59,395 bases of DNA, from contig JAFGJV010000014.1 in the NCBI GenBank assembly GCA_016928955.1, forward strand, positions 70,014 through 129,408, written 5' to 3'. The position numbers and the translations under genes are program-made. Origin of the DNA: Spirochaetales bacterium. GTDB lineage: Bacteria > Spirochaetota > Spirochaetia > Treponematales > UBA12059. This document shows positions 27,518-38,791 of this stretch, one piece after another (the stretch's first letter is position 1; the number at the start of each line of letters is the position of its first letter). The notes beneath the pieces were generated by a model. That model was not told the origin of the DNA. It saw only the letters and a list, made by a program, of their open reading frames with translations, and did not search any database.

Positions 27518-28162
27518 ATGAAAAACTACCTCGTCCTGGCCGGCAACATAGGAGCCGGCAAATCCACCCTGGTCAGCCTGCTGGCGGAACGTCTTGGCTT
27601 CCGTCCCTATTTTGAGCCCGTGGCGGAGAATCCCTATCTTGAGGACTTCTACGCCGACATGGAACGCTGGGCCTTCCAGTCGCAGATTTTTTTCCTGACG
27701 CACCGCGTGCGCTCCCACAGGGCATTGATGGACGATCCGTACTCCGTGGTCCAGGACCGCTCCATCTACGAGGACGCGGAGGTCTTTGCGCGCAATCTGT
27801 ACGAGCAGGGCAGGATGAGCCAGCGTGACTGGGACAGCTACCGCGGGCTGTACCGTACCCTGATCACCCTGCTGCCCCCGCCGGACCTGGTTGTGTACAT
27901 CAGCGCGTCGGTGCCCACCCTCCAAAAGCGCATAGCCAAACGCGGCCGCGCGTTCGAGGCAACCATACCAGACGACTATCTGGCCGGGCTCAACCGCCTG
28001 TACCAAGAATGGGTGGAGGGTTTCAGCCTGTCGCCCGTGCTGGTGATACCCGGCGACAGGCTGGACTTTGTCGAGGATTCCCGGGATTTCAAGGCCATCG
28101 TGCACACGGTTGAGGAGCGCCTGCGCGACAAGCAGGGCAGCCTGTTTCCCCTGGGTATGTGA
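27518..28162 (+). CDS. Deoxynucleoside kinase (dNK family)
   Basis: GNIGAGKST, EPVAENPYL, QDRSIYED, RIAKRGRAFE. Confidence 0.93.
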   Translation: MKNYLVLAGNIGAGKSTLVSLLAERLGFRPYFEPVAENPYLEDFYADMERWAFQSQIFFLTHRVRSHRALMDDPYSVVQDRSIYEDAEVFARNLYEQGRMSQRDWDSYRGLYRTLITLLPPPDLVVYISASVPTLQKRIAKRGRAFEATIPDDYLAGLNRLYQEWVEGFSLSPVLVIPGDRLDFVEDSRDFKAIVHTVEERLRDKQGSLFPLGM

Positions 28163-28184
28163 ACGACGCTCGCCGCCCAGCTGG

Positions 28185-29252
28185 CTATTTCCCGCCTAAC
28201 CGGTTTCTCCGGATATCGTTGACGGCCGTCCGGATCTTCTTGGCGCTGGACAGGGCCGGCAACACCCCTATAAACACGGTTCCGAGCAAGTACCAGATAC
28301 TGCCCGTGCTGGCATACGCGTAAGCCAGGCCCGCTCCCACGCACAGCTTGACGGCCAGGCTGGATACTGCCGACGCAAGGCGAGCGCGGGCTTTGTCCTC
28401 GGGGTTATACGCGGCAGTGCCTGTGTGCACCGCCAAACCCTCCGTGTCCGCATCCAGCCTCCTCTGCGGCTTGTCGGGGACCATAGGTCTGGCGGGCGGG
28501 ACGGGCTTGGGCGGCCGAGGCGCCTGTCCGCTTCCCAGGCTGATGCTGATGTCCAGGTTCCGGGACAGGGCATCCATGACCTGCTGTTTGATGGACCGCC
28601 CCAGTTCGCTTCCCATAGCGCTCGGCCGTGAGGCGGCCGGGCTGCCAGGGTCCGGCGCGGCCGGGACTTCGCGCGGTAGGCGCTCGGCGGGTTCGGCCGT
28701 GGGCATGTCCCGCCCGTCATGAGCGCCAGCCAGAAAACCCGAACCCGTGTCTATCTCGTAGATGGCAAGCCGACGCTCTATGTTCTTGGGCTGGGGGCAG
28801 TCCGCCAGGCGCGCGTCCAGGTCCAGCTTGGACTCGATCTGCCTGTACAGGTCCTCGGAGGCCAGCAGGGCGCCCGGAGGCGCAACCTGCATGACGCGAG
28901 CTGCTATGTTGACGCCGTTGCCGAACACCCTGCCGCTTTCCTGCCAGATTTCACCCAGGTGCAGGCCCATGCGCGGTTTGAGCGGCGGCGACGCCTCGCC
29001 AGGGGCGGCTCTGAGCGCCAGGCTCAAATGCAGGGCGCATTGGGCGGCGGCCACGGCGCTCCCGAAGGCCACCAGCAACTCGGCCGCCGTGGCGTCAACC
29101 AGCTCGCCCTGGTGCTCGGCAATGACGTCCCCGGCGGTCTGTCGGTACCTGGACAGTTCGATAAGCGCGCCGCGCTCGTCTCCGGCCAGAAGCTCGGGAA
29201 AGCCGGCCAGATCCATGAACAGGATGGCTGCCAGGCGCGACGCGGCGCTCAC
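28185..29252 (-). CDS. Class III cyclase-like domain (degenerate) with Pro-rich linker and C-terminal TM hairpin
   Basis: LAAILFMDLAGF, RMGLHLGE, FGNGVNIAARV; the GD motif is replaced (VDATAAE). Confidence 0.75.
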   Translation of the reverse strand: MSAASRLAAILFMDLAGFPELLAGDERGALIELSRYRQTAGDVIAEHQGELVDATAAELLVAFGSAVAAAQCALHLSLALRAAPGEASPPLKPRMGLHLGEIWQESGRVFGNGVNIAARVMQVAPPGALLASEDLYRQIESKLDLDARLADCPQPKNIERRLAIYEIDTGSGFLAGAHDGRDMPTAEPAERLPREVPAAPDPGSPAASRPSAMGSELGRSIKQQVMDALSRNLDISISLGSGQAPRPPKPVPPARPMVPDKPQRRLDADTEGLAVHTGTAAYNPEDKARARLASAVSSLAVKLCVGAGLAYAYASTGSIWYLLGTVFIGVLPALSSAKKIRTAVNDIRRNRLGGK

Positions 29253-30655
29253 CTGCCTTCCGCCTCCTGCCGTGCCTCGGTATCCATCAGGGCCCGGTAG
29301 GTTTTCTCGTCCAGGGTGTAGCGCTCAACCAGCAGGATGGCCGCTATGAATACCACTGCGGGGATGGGGCCTATAAGCCAGCGTATCATGGACAGGGTGG
29401 CGCCAGACTGGGCCGCAAGATCGGCCGAGTAGCCCGCCCACTGCAGGAGGAGGCCCGTCAGCACCACGGCCGTGGCCGTTCCGACCTTGGCTATGAAGGT
29501 CCACATGCCGTAGAAGGCGCCTTCCTTGCGCTTGCCCGTGGTCACCGCGTCGTATTCCACCGTGTCCGGTACCATGGCAAAGGGCAGGGCGTAGCCAAAG
29601 CCCAGGCCGATTCCCGCAAAGGCCATCATCGCGTAGAAGAAGGTCATGCCCAGGCGGTGCCCAAGGAAGAAGATGACCAGGCAGGTCACGGCCAGGATGG
29701 CAAAGTTGATCTGGTAGGTCCGCTTCTTGCCTATGCGCTTGGATACCAGCACGGATACCGGTATGGCCAGCATGGCAACCACCAGCAGTACCAGCATGGC
29801 TATGCTGGTCGCGCCCTCGTCTCTGTACAGCCACTTGAAATAGTACACCAGTATGGTTTCCACAAAGGCTATGCCCACCAGGTTGAGGCCGTAGGTGGCT
29901 ATGAGGACGACAAAGGGCTTGTTCTTGAATACCACCATGAAGGTCTCAAAGAACCCTTCCTTGGGCACGGGGGTCGACGAATGGTCGCCTTCCTTGACCG
30001 TGAACACGGTGATGAGGGCGGTTACCGCCATGACCACGCCGAATATCAGCCCGACCGCCGAGAAGCCCTGGGCCTGGCTGGGGAACAGCCCGACCAGGGG
30101 CTGGACGGCCACGGCGCCCAGCATGGTGCCCAGGATGGCAAAACTGAAACGGTAGCCGTTCAGGCTGGTGCGTTCGTGGTAGTCTGGCGTCAGGTCCGGG
30201 GTCAGGGCGCCGTAGGGTATGTTGACGATGGTGAAGGCCGTGTTGAGCAGGCACAGGGCAAGGCCGCTCCACAGGGCTACCAGCCAGGGAGACGACACCG
30301 GCGGCTTGGTGAAGAACAGCCACATGGCGAGGAGCTGGGGCACCGCGCCAAATAGCATGAAGGGCCTGCGCCTTCCCCAGCGGGTGCGCGTGCGGTCAGA
30401 TATGAAGCCGGTCAGGGGATCCGTCACCGCGTCCCACAGCTTCCCTGCCCAGTAGATAGCTCCGGCCGCGGCCGCCGCTATGCCCACCACGTCCGTCAGG
30501 AAGAACAGGGTCCAGAAGCCCATGGCCGTAAAGAACAGGTTTCCGCCCAGGTCCGCCACGCCAAAGCCCAGCTTGACGCCCAGGGGCAGGCGGCTGGTGC
30601 TGGCGGCTTGCCCGCGCGCCGCGGCCTTGCTGCCGGTTTTAGGGAAATCGCTCAT
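29249..30655 (-). CDS. MFS transporter, glycoside-pentoside-hexuronide (GPH/MelB) family
   Basis: DAVTDPLTGFISDRTRTRWGRRRPF, NIPYGAL, ERTSL, PDTVEY..GKRKEG; AAGGAG RBS. Confidence 0.92.
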   Translation of the reverse strand: MSDFPKTGSKAAARGQAASTSRLPLGVKLGFGVADLGGNLFFTAMGFWTLFFLTDVVGIAAAAAGAIYWAGKLWDAVTDPLTGFISDRTRTRWGRRRPFMLFGAVPQLLAMWLFFTKPPVSSPWLVALWSGLALCLLNTAFTIVNIPYGALTPDLTPDYHERTSLNGYRFSFAILGTMLGAVAVQPLVGLFPSQAQGFSAVGLIFGVVMAVTALITVFTVKEGDHSSTPVPKEGFFETFMVVFKNKPFVVLIATYGLNLVGIAFVETILVYYFKWLYRDEGATSIAMLVLLVVAMLAIPVSVLVSKRIGKKRTYQINFAILAVTCLVIFFLGHRLGMTFFYAMMAFAGIGLGFGYALPFAMVPDTVEYDAVTTGKRKEGAFYGMWTFIAKVGTATAVVLTGLLLQWAGYSADLAAQSGATLSMIRWLIGPIPAVVFIAAILLVERYTLDEKTYRALMDTEARQEAEGR

Positions 30656-31998
30656 GTGTGTGCTCCTTGCGCGTCCAGTAGGAACAAGTCTTTCAAGTCG
30701 GTGCCGGCCTGTCTGACGGCAGTCCGGGGATCGGCCTCGTACGCGGCCATGCGCCCCGACAGGTCCAGGGCAGGGCCAATGGCTATGCGTGCCCGTATGG
30801 GCCGCACGTTCACACGGCCACTGATAACGCCCCCCATCAGACGGTTGGCCAGGTCCCATAGATTCTGGGCGTATTCTACCATGCTGTCCAGCGGGGCGGC
30901 AGGGTCAAGGCGGTCCGGCGACAGATAAAAAGCCAGATCGGCCAGCTCCATGTGTCGCATGGCGTACCAGGCCTCGCCCGCCCGCCGGTCGGCCAGGGCG
31001 CGTCCGGCGGGATGAAGGCTCCCGGGATCGGTGTCGGGATAGATGCGGTCCCAACCGGCTTGCCGCACCCGGTACACGCGCTCGATAACGCCGGTCCGGT
31101 ATGAGCCTAGGTCCAGGATGCGCTCGGCAGCCTCCACCGCGGCCAGGGTTACGGCCGCCAGGCGAGCGTCCAGGCCGGGGCCGGTTTCGGAAGGCTTCAG
31201 TCCGTACAGGCCTTCGGCAAGGGCAACCAGACGTTCCGCGGCGGCATCCAGCCGGGCTTTCAGGCCGGCTCCTGTCCGGCCCGCGCCGTCCACTCCCAGC
31301 GCGCCCTCAAGGCGCCGTACCAGGCGGCCAAGCGACGGCAGGACGGCGTCGTCGCAGTGCCTGAACACGCTGATGGGGACGACGACGACGCGCTCCGGCC
31401 GGCCGGCTTTCCGGAGGGCCGCGGCCGCGCCAAAGCCCAGCCGAACGGTGCCGTCCTCCAGCCGCGGGACGTCCCTGCTTGCGTAGCTCACCTGGCCTTC
31501 GGGAGCCAGGGCCAGCGGCCAGCGGCCGTCCATGATGGCCGCGTTGATGCGCTCCAGGCCCGGCCTGTCCACTTTTGAGTGGTGTACGGGCAGGGCGCCC
31601 ATGCGCGGAAGGAGCCAGCGCACAGCCGGGCCGCTCCAGCGCGGCACCTCGTAGCCGTGGATGAAGACGGCGTGGGCTCTGTCCGGCAGGGGAGCGCCCA
31701 GGTGGCGGGCTTCTGCCATGACGCCCCTGGAGAACAGCCAGGCCATGAGCTGGGCCTCGTCGCCATAGGGGTGCCTGAAAGCCAGGATCAGTCGGGTGCG
31801 ACCCTCCTGGAAGTCCCTGAAAGCGTCTACCAGGAGGCCGGCCCTGTCCACGTCGATGCGCCGGTAGCCAAGGGCCAGGCGGAGATAGGGTCGCGACACG
31901 AGGCGGACGGCCGCCAGCAGCCACGGGCTGGCGCGGGGTTCGGCCGATGCGGGCGCGCTGATGGCCTTGGTCGTCGCTTTGACATACGGATAGCGCAT
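30652..31998 (-). CDS. PlsC-superfamily (lyso)phospholipid acyltransferase
   Basis: FRHPYGDE (variant H...D block), MGALPV, LAPEG, VVVPISV. Confidence 0.75.
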   Translation of the reverse strand: MRYPYVKATTKAISAPASAEPRASPWLLAAVRLVSRPYLRLALGYRRIDVDRAGLLVDAFRDFQEGRTRLILAFRHPYGDEAQLMAWLFSRGVMAEARHLGAPLPDRAHAVFIHGYEVPRWSGPAVRWLLPRMGALPVHHSKVDRPGLERINAAIMDGRWPLALAPEGQVSYASRDVPRLEDGTVRLGFGAAAALRKAGRPERVVVVPISVFRHCDDAVLPSLGRLVRRLEGALGVDGAGRTGAGLKARLDAAAERLVALAEGLYGLKPSETGPGLDARLAAVTLAAVEAAERILDLGSYRTGVIERVYRVRQAGWDRIYPDTDPGSLHPAGRALADRRAGEAWYAMRHMELADLAFYLSPDRLDPAAPLDSMVEYAQNLWDLANRLMGGVISGRVNVRPIRARIAIGPALDLSGRMAAYEADPRTAVRQAGTDLKDLFLLDAQGAHT

Positions 31999-32120
31999 AT
32001 CGCGTAACCATAGCCGCTAAACGCTGCCATGGCCAGTCATGCCGCTTGAATTCAGGCGCCTGCGCCCGTACTTTTGAATAAGCGCGCCTCCTTCAACCGG
32101 GGCGCGGGAGAGGAAAAATT

Positions 32121-32636
32121 GTGGCACACATCACGTTGAAGGGAGCGCCCACCCGTACCGTGGGGGACCTTCCGGCGGTCGGTTCAAAGGCGCCTGATTT
32201 CCGGCTTACCAAAGGAGACCTGTCGGACGTGACCCTGGCCGACTTCCGGGGAATCACGCTGGTGATCAGCATCGTGCCCAGCGTGGACACGGGCGTGTGC
32301 GCGGCCAGCGCCCACGCGTTCAACCAGCGCGTCAAGGAACTGGGTTCCGTCAAGGTGCTGACGGTGAGCAGGGATTTGCCCTTTGCCCAGCGGCGCTTCT
32401 GCGAGGCCGAGGGTATAGATGCCGTGGTCACCCTGTCCGAGCTCAGGAACCGGGCTTTTGGGCAGGCGTACGGCGCTGAAATCGTGGACGGGCCCATGGC
32501 CGGGCTTCTGTCCAGGGCCGTGGTGGTGGTCGACCCCGCAGGGCGCGTGTCCTGGACCCAGCAGGTGCCCGAGATCGGCCAGGAACCCGATTACGACGGC
32601 GCCCTGAACGCTGCCAAGGCAGCCGCTTCCTACTGA
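32121..32636 (+). CDS. tpx: Thiol peroxidase (atypical 2-Cys peroxiredoxin)
   Basis: PSVDTGVC, SRDLPFAQRRFC, EPDYD; possible promoter TTGAAT-N17-TACTTT at 32046-32074. Confidence 0.95.
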   Translation: MAHITLKGAPTRTVGDLPAVGSKAPDFRLTKGDLSDVTLADFRGITLVISIVPSVDTGVCAASAHAFNQRVKELGSVKVLTVSRDLPFAQRRFCEAEGIDAVVTLSELRNRAFGQAYGAEIVDGPMAGLLSRAVVVVDPAGRVSWTQQVPEIGQEPDYDGALNAAKAAASY

Positions 32637-33733
32637 GAGCGGCTGATGGGTGTGTCCACCCTGTCCACGCTCAGGGCGCCTGACGCCAGGGCCAGGCGCC
32701 TGAGCCAGGGTTGGTACATGACCGGCAACTTGAGCGCCTTGACTGCCAGCTCGGCCCTGAGGCGGGCGTTCGCAGCCGTGTAACGGCCGAGCCAGCCGTC
32801 CTGGCCGGGGCCGAGCGCCTGGGCCAGGGACAGCGCGCTCCGGAACGCGTAGCTGAAGCCTTCAGCGGAGCTGGGGCTGATGAGTCCGGCGGCCTCTCCC
32901 ACAAGGGCCACCGTGCCGGCGCCCAGGTCGACCACGCCCGGTCTGGACGGGCGGGCCAGGTGGGTGCCGTGCCTGAGCGCCGGCGCACCCAGTTCCCAGC
33001 CACGCTCCACGAGCAGGCGCTTGAGAAGCTCAAAACGCGCGGCCGGATCCTTGTCCGCCGGCAGTGCCGCGCCCAGTATGAGCTTGCCGTCCTTGGGTAT
33101 GGTCCACGCGTAAAAGTCCGTGACGGCGGGGTGGAAGAGCGCCTCAAAGCATGAGCTTACCGTGTGGTTTGGATACCATTCCTGTATCGCCACATAGTCA
33201 GGCCTCTGCGACGATGATCCGCGCAAGGCGCGTCTGACCGCCGACCAGGCTCCGTCGGCCCCGACCAATAGGCCCGCGCGCACCTCAACGGGCTGACCGC
33301 CCACGGTGTAGCGCACTGTCAGGCCGTCTTTGTCCGGCCTGAACGTCCTGAAGGTGGCGCCCCTCGCCACGGTGGCCGAGCGGGCGGCCAGCGACAAAAG
33401 CCATTCGTCCATGGCTCCCCGGTCTATGTTCACGTAATGGCGCTGATAGTGACGCTCCAGGCCGGAAGCCAGGTCCACGGCCCGTACGGCGAACAGTTGG
33501 GGGCCAACCAAGACCTGGCGCGGCACCCCCAACCCGAAGGTCGCCAGCATGCGCTGGGCGTCCGGGTCCAAAAGGCCGCCGCAGCATTTCTGCGCCTGCG
33601 GCCGGCCGGCCGTGTCGCCCCCGCTTCTCTCCACCACCAGCACGGACCGGCTGGTTCCCAGAAGCCTGGCCAGGGTGGACCCAGCCGGCCCCCCGCCTAT
33701 GATGACCACGTCAAAGCGCTGCTCTACCGACAT
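32630..33733 (-). CDS. FAD-dependent oxidoreductase, CbrA/geranylgeranyl reductase-like
   Basis: IIGGGPAGSTLARLL, KCCGGLL, YVNIDR, GADGAWSAVRR, GEAAGLISPSSAEGFSYA. Confidence 0.85.
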   Translation of the reverse strand: MSVEQRFDVVIIGGGPAGSTLARLLGTSRSVLVVERSGGDTAGRPQAQKCCGGLLDPDAQRMLATFGLGVPRQVLVGPQLFAVRAVDLASGLERHYQRHYVNIDRGAMDEWLLSLAARSATVARGATFRTFRPDKDGLTVRYTVGGQPVEVRAGLLVGADGAWSAVRRALRGSSSQRPDYVAIQEWYPNHTVSSCFEALFHPAVTDFYAWTIPKDGKLILGAALPADKDPAARFELLKRLLVERGWELGAPALRHGTHLARPSRPGVVDLGAGTVALVGEAAGLISPSSAEGFSYAFRSALSLAQALGPGQDGWLGRYTAANARLRAELAVKALKLPVMYQPWLRRLALASGALSVDRVDTPISRSQ

Positions 33734-33794
33734 GGGTCGATTAAACCAGCATTTGGCCCCTTCTGACCAGCGGGGCTTTCCCTTGGGTCCGGAA

Positions 33795-33823
33795 TTGAGT
33801 ATTATACCCCCAGGGGGTATGCT
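33795..33823 (+). promoter_or_regulatory. copZ promoter with overlapping CsoR-type operator
   Basis: TTGAGT-N17-TATGCT containing the palindrome ATACCCCC-A-GGGGGTAT (33804-33820). Confidence 0.8.
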
Positions 33824-33853
33824 GATAGCGTACGTGCCTCCAGAGGAGTGGCT

Positions 33854-34063
33854 ATGAAAAGCATTGTCAGGATAGAGGGCATGAGCTGCGGGCATTGCGC
33901 CATGCGCGTACAGCGGGCGCTTGAAAGCCTGGCCGGGGTAAGCTCGGCCACTGTGGACGTGCAGGCGGGAACGGCCGAGGTCGAAGGGCAGGGCTTGGAC
34001 GCCAACCTGCTCAGGGGCGCGGTTATCAAGGCGGGCTACACGCCCGTGTCAGTCCTGCCCTGA
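33854..34063 (+). CDS. copZ: Heavy-metal-associated (HMA) copper chaperone, CopZ-like
   Basis: IEGMSCGHC, AGY; 69 aa; GAGGAG RBS. Confidence 0.85.
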   Translation: MKSIVRIEGMSCGHCAMRVQRALESLAGVSSATVDVQAGTAEVEGQGLDANLLRGAVIKAGYTPVSVLP

Positions 34064-34720
34064 GCCGCCTACCAGGGCCCAGTAGCCCAGTCCGCGGTCC
34101 CGTGCCCTGGCTTCCGCTTTCTTGAATTCCCCGGAGAGTATGAAGGGATATTTCAGAAGAGCCGGGGCATGGCCGTTGGCTACCAGGGCCAGATTCACAT
34201 GGGTGCCGTCTTCCAGAAAAACGTAGCAGAGAAGGCGGCCGTAGGTGTCCCTGAGGTCCCGGTCAAAGGCCAGGTGTAGCGTATTGCCCCGCGCGAGCTC
34301 GTCCAGGGCCAGCGACGCTTCCAAGCCCCCGGTTTCTGGACCCTGGCCTTGGCGCCTGATTTCCGGGGCGTCTACGCCGACCAGCCGCACTGATTCGCGC
34401 GGTTCTAAAATCTGCGCGCCTCCGTTGGCCGCGGCCACGGCCAGAAGCTGGTCCGGGGCCAGGCTCACGCGCAGGGTATCCCCGTCCACAGTTTCCAGAA
34501 GCTCGGCCGGAAGCATGCGCGACACGTCGGTGCTTCCCGAGGTTTTGAGGCCAAGCTCGTGCAGGGAGTACAGGCCTTCAGACACGCCCCTGACCGCACG
34601 GGCCGCGGCGGCGACCTCCGGACCCAGCCGCTGTCCGAGCGCGGCGGCCGCTATCACGGCTGCCGCCAGCCAGGGAAGGACACGGATGAAGGCGCCTACG
34701 GGCGTGAGCGGTTTTCTCAC
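34049..34720 (-). CDS. Thermonuclease (SNase-like) with N-terminal membrane anchor/signal
   Basis: VDGDT, VRLVGVDAPE, DTYGRLLCYV, ARDRGLGYW; GTG start overlaps the dnaJ stop (GTGA). Confidence 0.88.
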   Translation of the reverse strand: MRKPLTPVGAFIRVLPWLAAAVIAAAALGQRLGPEVAAAARAVRGVSEGLYSLHELGLKTSGSTDVSRMLPAELLETVDGDTLRVSLAPDQLLAVAAANGGAQILEPRESVRLVGVDAPEIRRQGQGPETGGLEASLALDELARGNTLHLAFDRDLRDTYGRLLCYVFLEDGTHVNLALVANGHAPALLKYPFILSGEFKKAEARARDRGLGYWALVGGSGQD

Positions 34721-35859
34721 TTGAGGTCTGACAGCTTGATGGGGGTGGGCTCGGACGGGTCGCCTTCTACCCTGGCCAGCTCGTCCAGAAGCTCCCTGCC
34801 GCGCTTGCTGAGGTGGGCGGGCACCTGGATCATGAGCTTGATGTACATGTCGCCACGCCGCGAGCCGCCGCCGGCCCCGGGCACGCCTTCTTCCCGCAGC
34901 CGGAGCATCTTGCCGTGCTGGGCTCCGGCGGGCACGGTGACTTTGACCTTCTTGCCCTCGATGGTGGGCACCGTGATTTCGCCGCCCAGGGCGGCCTTGG
35001 TTATGGATATGGGCACGGCGCAATAGAGGTCGTTGCCGTCGCGCTCGAAAAACTCGTGGGGACGCACGTGGACAAAGACAAAAAGATCGCCGGGGCGGCC
35101 GCCGTTGGGGCCCGCGTCGCCCTGACCCGACACGGACAGCCTCCGGCCGTCGTCCATGCCCGGGGGGATGGTTACCTTGATTTTCTGCTTTTTCTTGGAC
35201 AGGCCCGAACCGCCGCACACCTTGCACGGCCGGTCGACCACGTAGCCTTCCCCGCCGCAGGTGGGGCAGGGGCTGGCTATGGAGAAGAAACCGGAACTGC
35301 GGCGGACCTGGCCGGAGCCCTGGCAGGTGGGGCATACCTTGCGCCCGCCGCCCGGCTCGGAGCCCGAGCCGCCGCAGGCCTGGCAGGATTCGTCCCGGCT
35401 GTACGTGATTTCCACGGTGGTGCCGAACACGGCCTGCTCGAAGGAGAGCTCCAGGTCATAGCGGAGGTTGGAGCCACGCGGAGGCTCGCCGCGCCTGCGA
35501 CCGCCGCCCCCGCCCATGCCGCCGCCGAACAGGTTGTCAAAGATGCTCCCAAATCCGCCCATGCCCCCAAAAATGTCCTCAAAGTCGCGGAATATGCCGG
35601 AGAAGTCATGGGCGCCCTGGCCGCCGGCCATGCCCTCCACGCCGGCAAAGCCGAACTGGTCGTAGGCGGCTCGTTTCTGGTCGTCGCCGAGTACCTCGTA
35701 GGCCTCGGTGCCTTCCTTGAAGCGCTCTTCCGCGGCCTTGTCCCCCGGGTTGCGGTCTGGGTGGTTGGCTACCGCGAGCCGGCGGTACGCTTTCTTGATG
35801 TCGTCCTTGTTGGCGCCCTTGGGAACCCCAAGAACCTCGTAGTAATCGCGTTTGGCCAC
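34717..35859 (-). CDS. dnaJ: Chaperone DnaJ
   Basis: KRDYYEVLG, HPD, G/F region, four CxxCxGxG repeats. Confidence 0.98.
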   Translation of the reverse strand: MAKRDYYEVLGVPKGANKDDIKKAYRRLAVANHPDRNPGDKAAEERFKEGTEAYEVLGDDQKRAAYDQFGFAGVEGMAGGQGAHDFSGIFRDFEDIFGGMGGFGSIFDNLFGGGMGGGGGRRRGEPPRGSNLRYDLELSFEQAVFGTTVEITYSRDESCQACGGSGSEPGGGRKVCPTCQGSGQVRRSSGFFSIASPCPTCGGEGYVVDRPCKVCGGSGLSKKKQKIKVTIPPGMDDGRRLSVSGQGDAGPNGGRPGDLFVFVHVRPHEFFERDGNDLYCAVPISITKAALGGEITVPTIEGKKVKVTVPAGAQHGKMLRLREEGVPGAGGGSRRGDMYIKLMIQVPAHLSKRGRELLDELARVEGDPSEPTPIKLSDLK

Positions 35860-35882
35860 GGTATGCTTCCTTACCACATGCG

Positions 35883-35968
35883 ACCACGGAGTCACGGAGT
35901 CGAGGAGGCGTTATATGGGAGAGGATTCAACCCTCACCCTTCCCTCCGTGTCTCCGTGTCTCCGTGGT
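35883..35968. repeat. Intergenic inverted repeat built from 8-bp units (REP-like)
   Basis: ACCACGGAGTCACGGAG...(CTCCGTGT)2-CTCCGTGGT between dnaK and dnaJ. Confidence 0.75.
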
Positions 35969-35979
35969 AGTTTTTTACG

Positions 35980-37905
<1,926 letters not shown>

Positions 37906-37938
37906 TGCGTTCTCCTTGGCGCTGCGCGCTCTCGTGTG

Positions 37939-38559
37939 CTATTCCGTCGCGGTGTCCGCCCCGGTCTTGGCGGCGGGCATGCGTACTTTTACCTTGGCGC
38001 TACGGAGCACGCGCTCGCGCAGCATGTAGCCTTTCATGTATTCCTCAACGACCACGGGTTCGTCGCAGTCGCCTTGTTCGCTCATCATGGCCTCGTGCCG
38101 GTTCGGGTCAAAGCTCTGGCCCACGGACTCGAAGCGCGACAGGCCGTACTTGTTGGCCAGGGTTGAAGACAGGTTGCGCTCTATCATGGCCACGCCGTCA
38201 TGCAGGGTCTGGAAATCCTTGGACGTCTCGCTGGACTTGATGGCGCGCTCGAAGTCGTCCATCACGCCCACCAGCTCGGCGAGGAGCCCGGCGTTGGCGA
38301 ACTGGACGGCGTCGTCCTTCTCGCGGAACATGCGCTTGCGGAAATTCTCGTAGTCCGCCAACTTGCGCAGGTACTGGTCCTTGAGCTCGGACAGCTCGCC
38401 TTCCAGTTTCGCTATGCGCTCGTCGCGCTCGTCCGGAACGGCCGCCTGGGTTTGCGCGCCGTGTTCGGGCGCGGCCGGCTCAATGCCCGTTGCGGGCTGA
38501 TCCTGGACGGAGTCAGGTTGTTCTTCGCGCTCGTCGGTTTTTTTTGCCTTGTTCGACAT
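37939..38559 (-). CDS. grpE: Nucleotide exchange factor GrpE
   Basis: ADYENFRKR, FDPNRHEA, GYMLRERVLRSAKV; GAGGT RBS before ATG 38559. Confidence 0.96.
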   Translation of the reverse strand: MSNKAKKTDEREEQPDSVQDQPATGIEPAAPEHGAQTQAAVPDERDERIAKLEGELSELKDQYLRKLADYENFRKRMFREKDDAVQFANAGLLAELVGVMDDFERAIKSSETSKDFQTLHDGVAMIERNLSSTLANKYGLSRFESVGQSFDPNRHEAMMSEQGDCDEPVVVEEYMKGYMLRERVLRSAKVKVRMPAAKTGADTATE

Positions 38560-38724
38560 GACCTCGCCTTGTGGACGTGATGAGGCGGTATCCTTGGACA
38601 CGGGGTCTCCGGAACCGCCGGGCGTAAAAATAATAAACACCCTTTTCCAGCGTCAAGCTGGATGCCTTCTTATATGTTAAAAGTATGCAATTTTATCCTT
38701 ATAGTCACCTTTTGGGGCCGTAAA

Positions 38725-38791
38725 CGGCACGGTTTTTGTATTCAGGGCCCTGTCCCGTCCAGCTTGACATTGGCCGCGCAAGCTATAACAT
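38725..38791 (+). promoter_or_regulatory. rpoN promoter region: sigma54-like site plus sigma70 promoter
   Basis: CGGCAC-N5-TTGTA (38725-38740; GG-N10-GT) and TTGACA-N16-TAACAT (38764-38791). Confidence 0.55.

Noticed and set aside
34049..35335. 428-aa ORF suggesting a long nuclease overlapping dnaJ
   Set aside because: The N-terminal half is an alternate frame of dnaJ; the real start is the GTG at 34720
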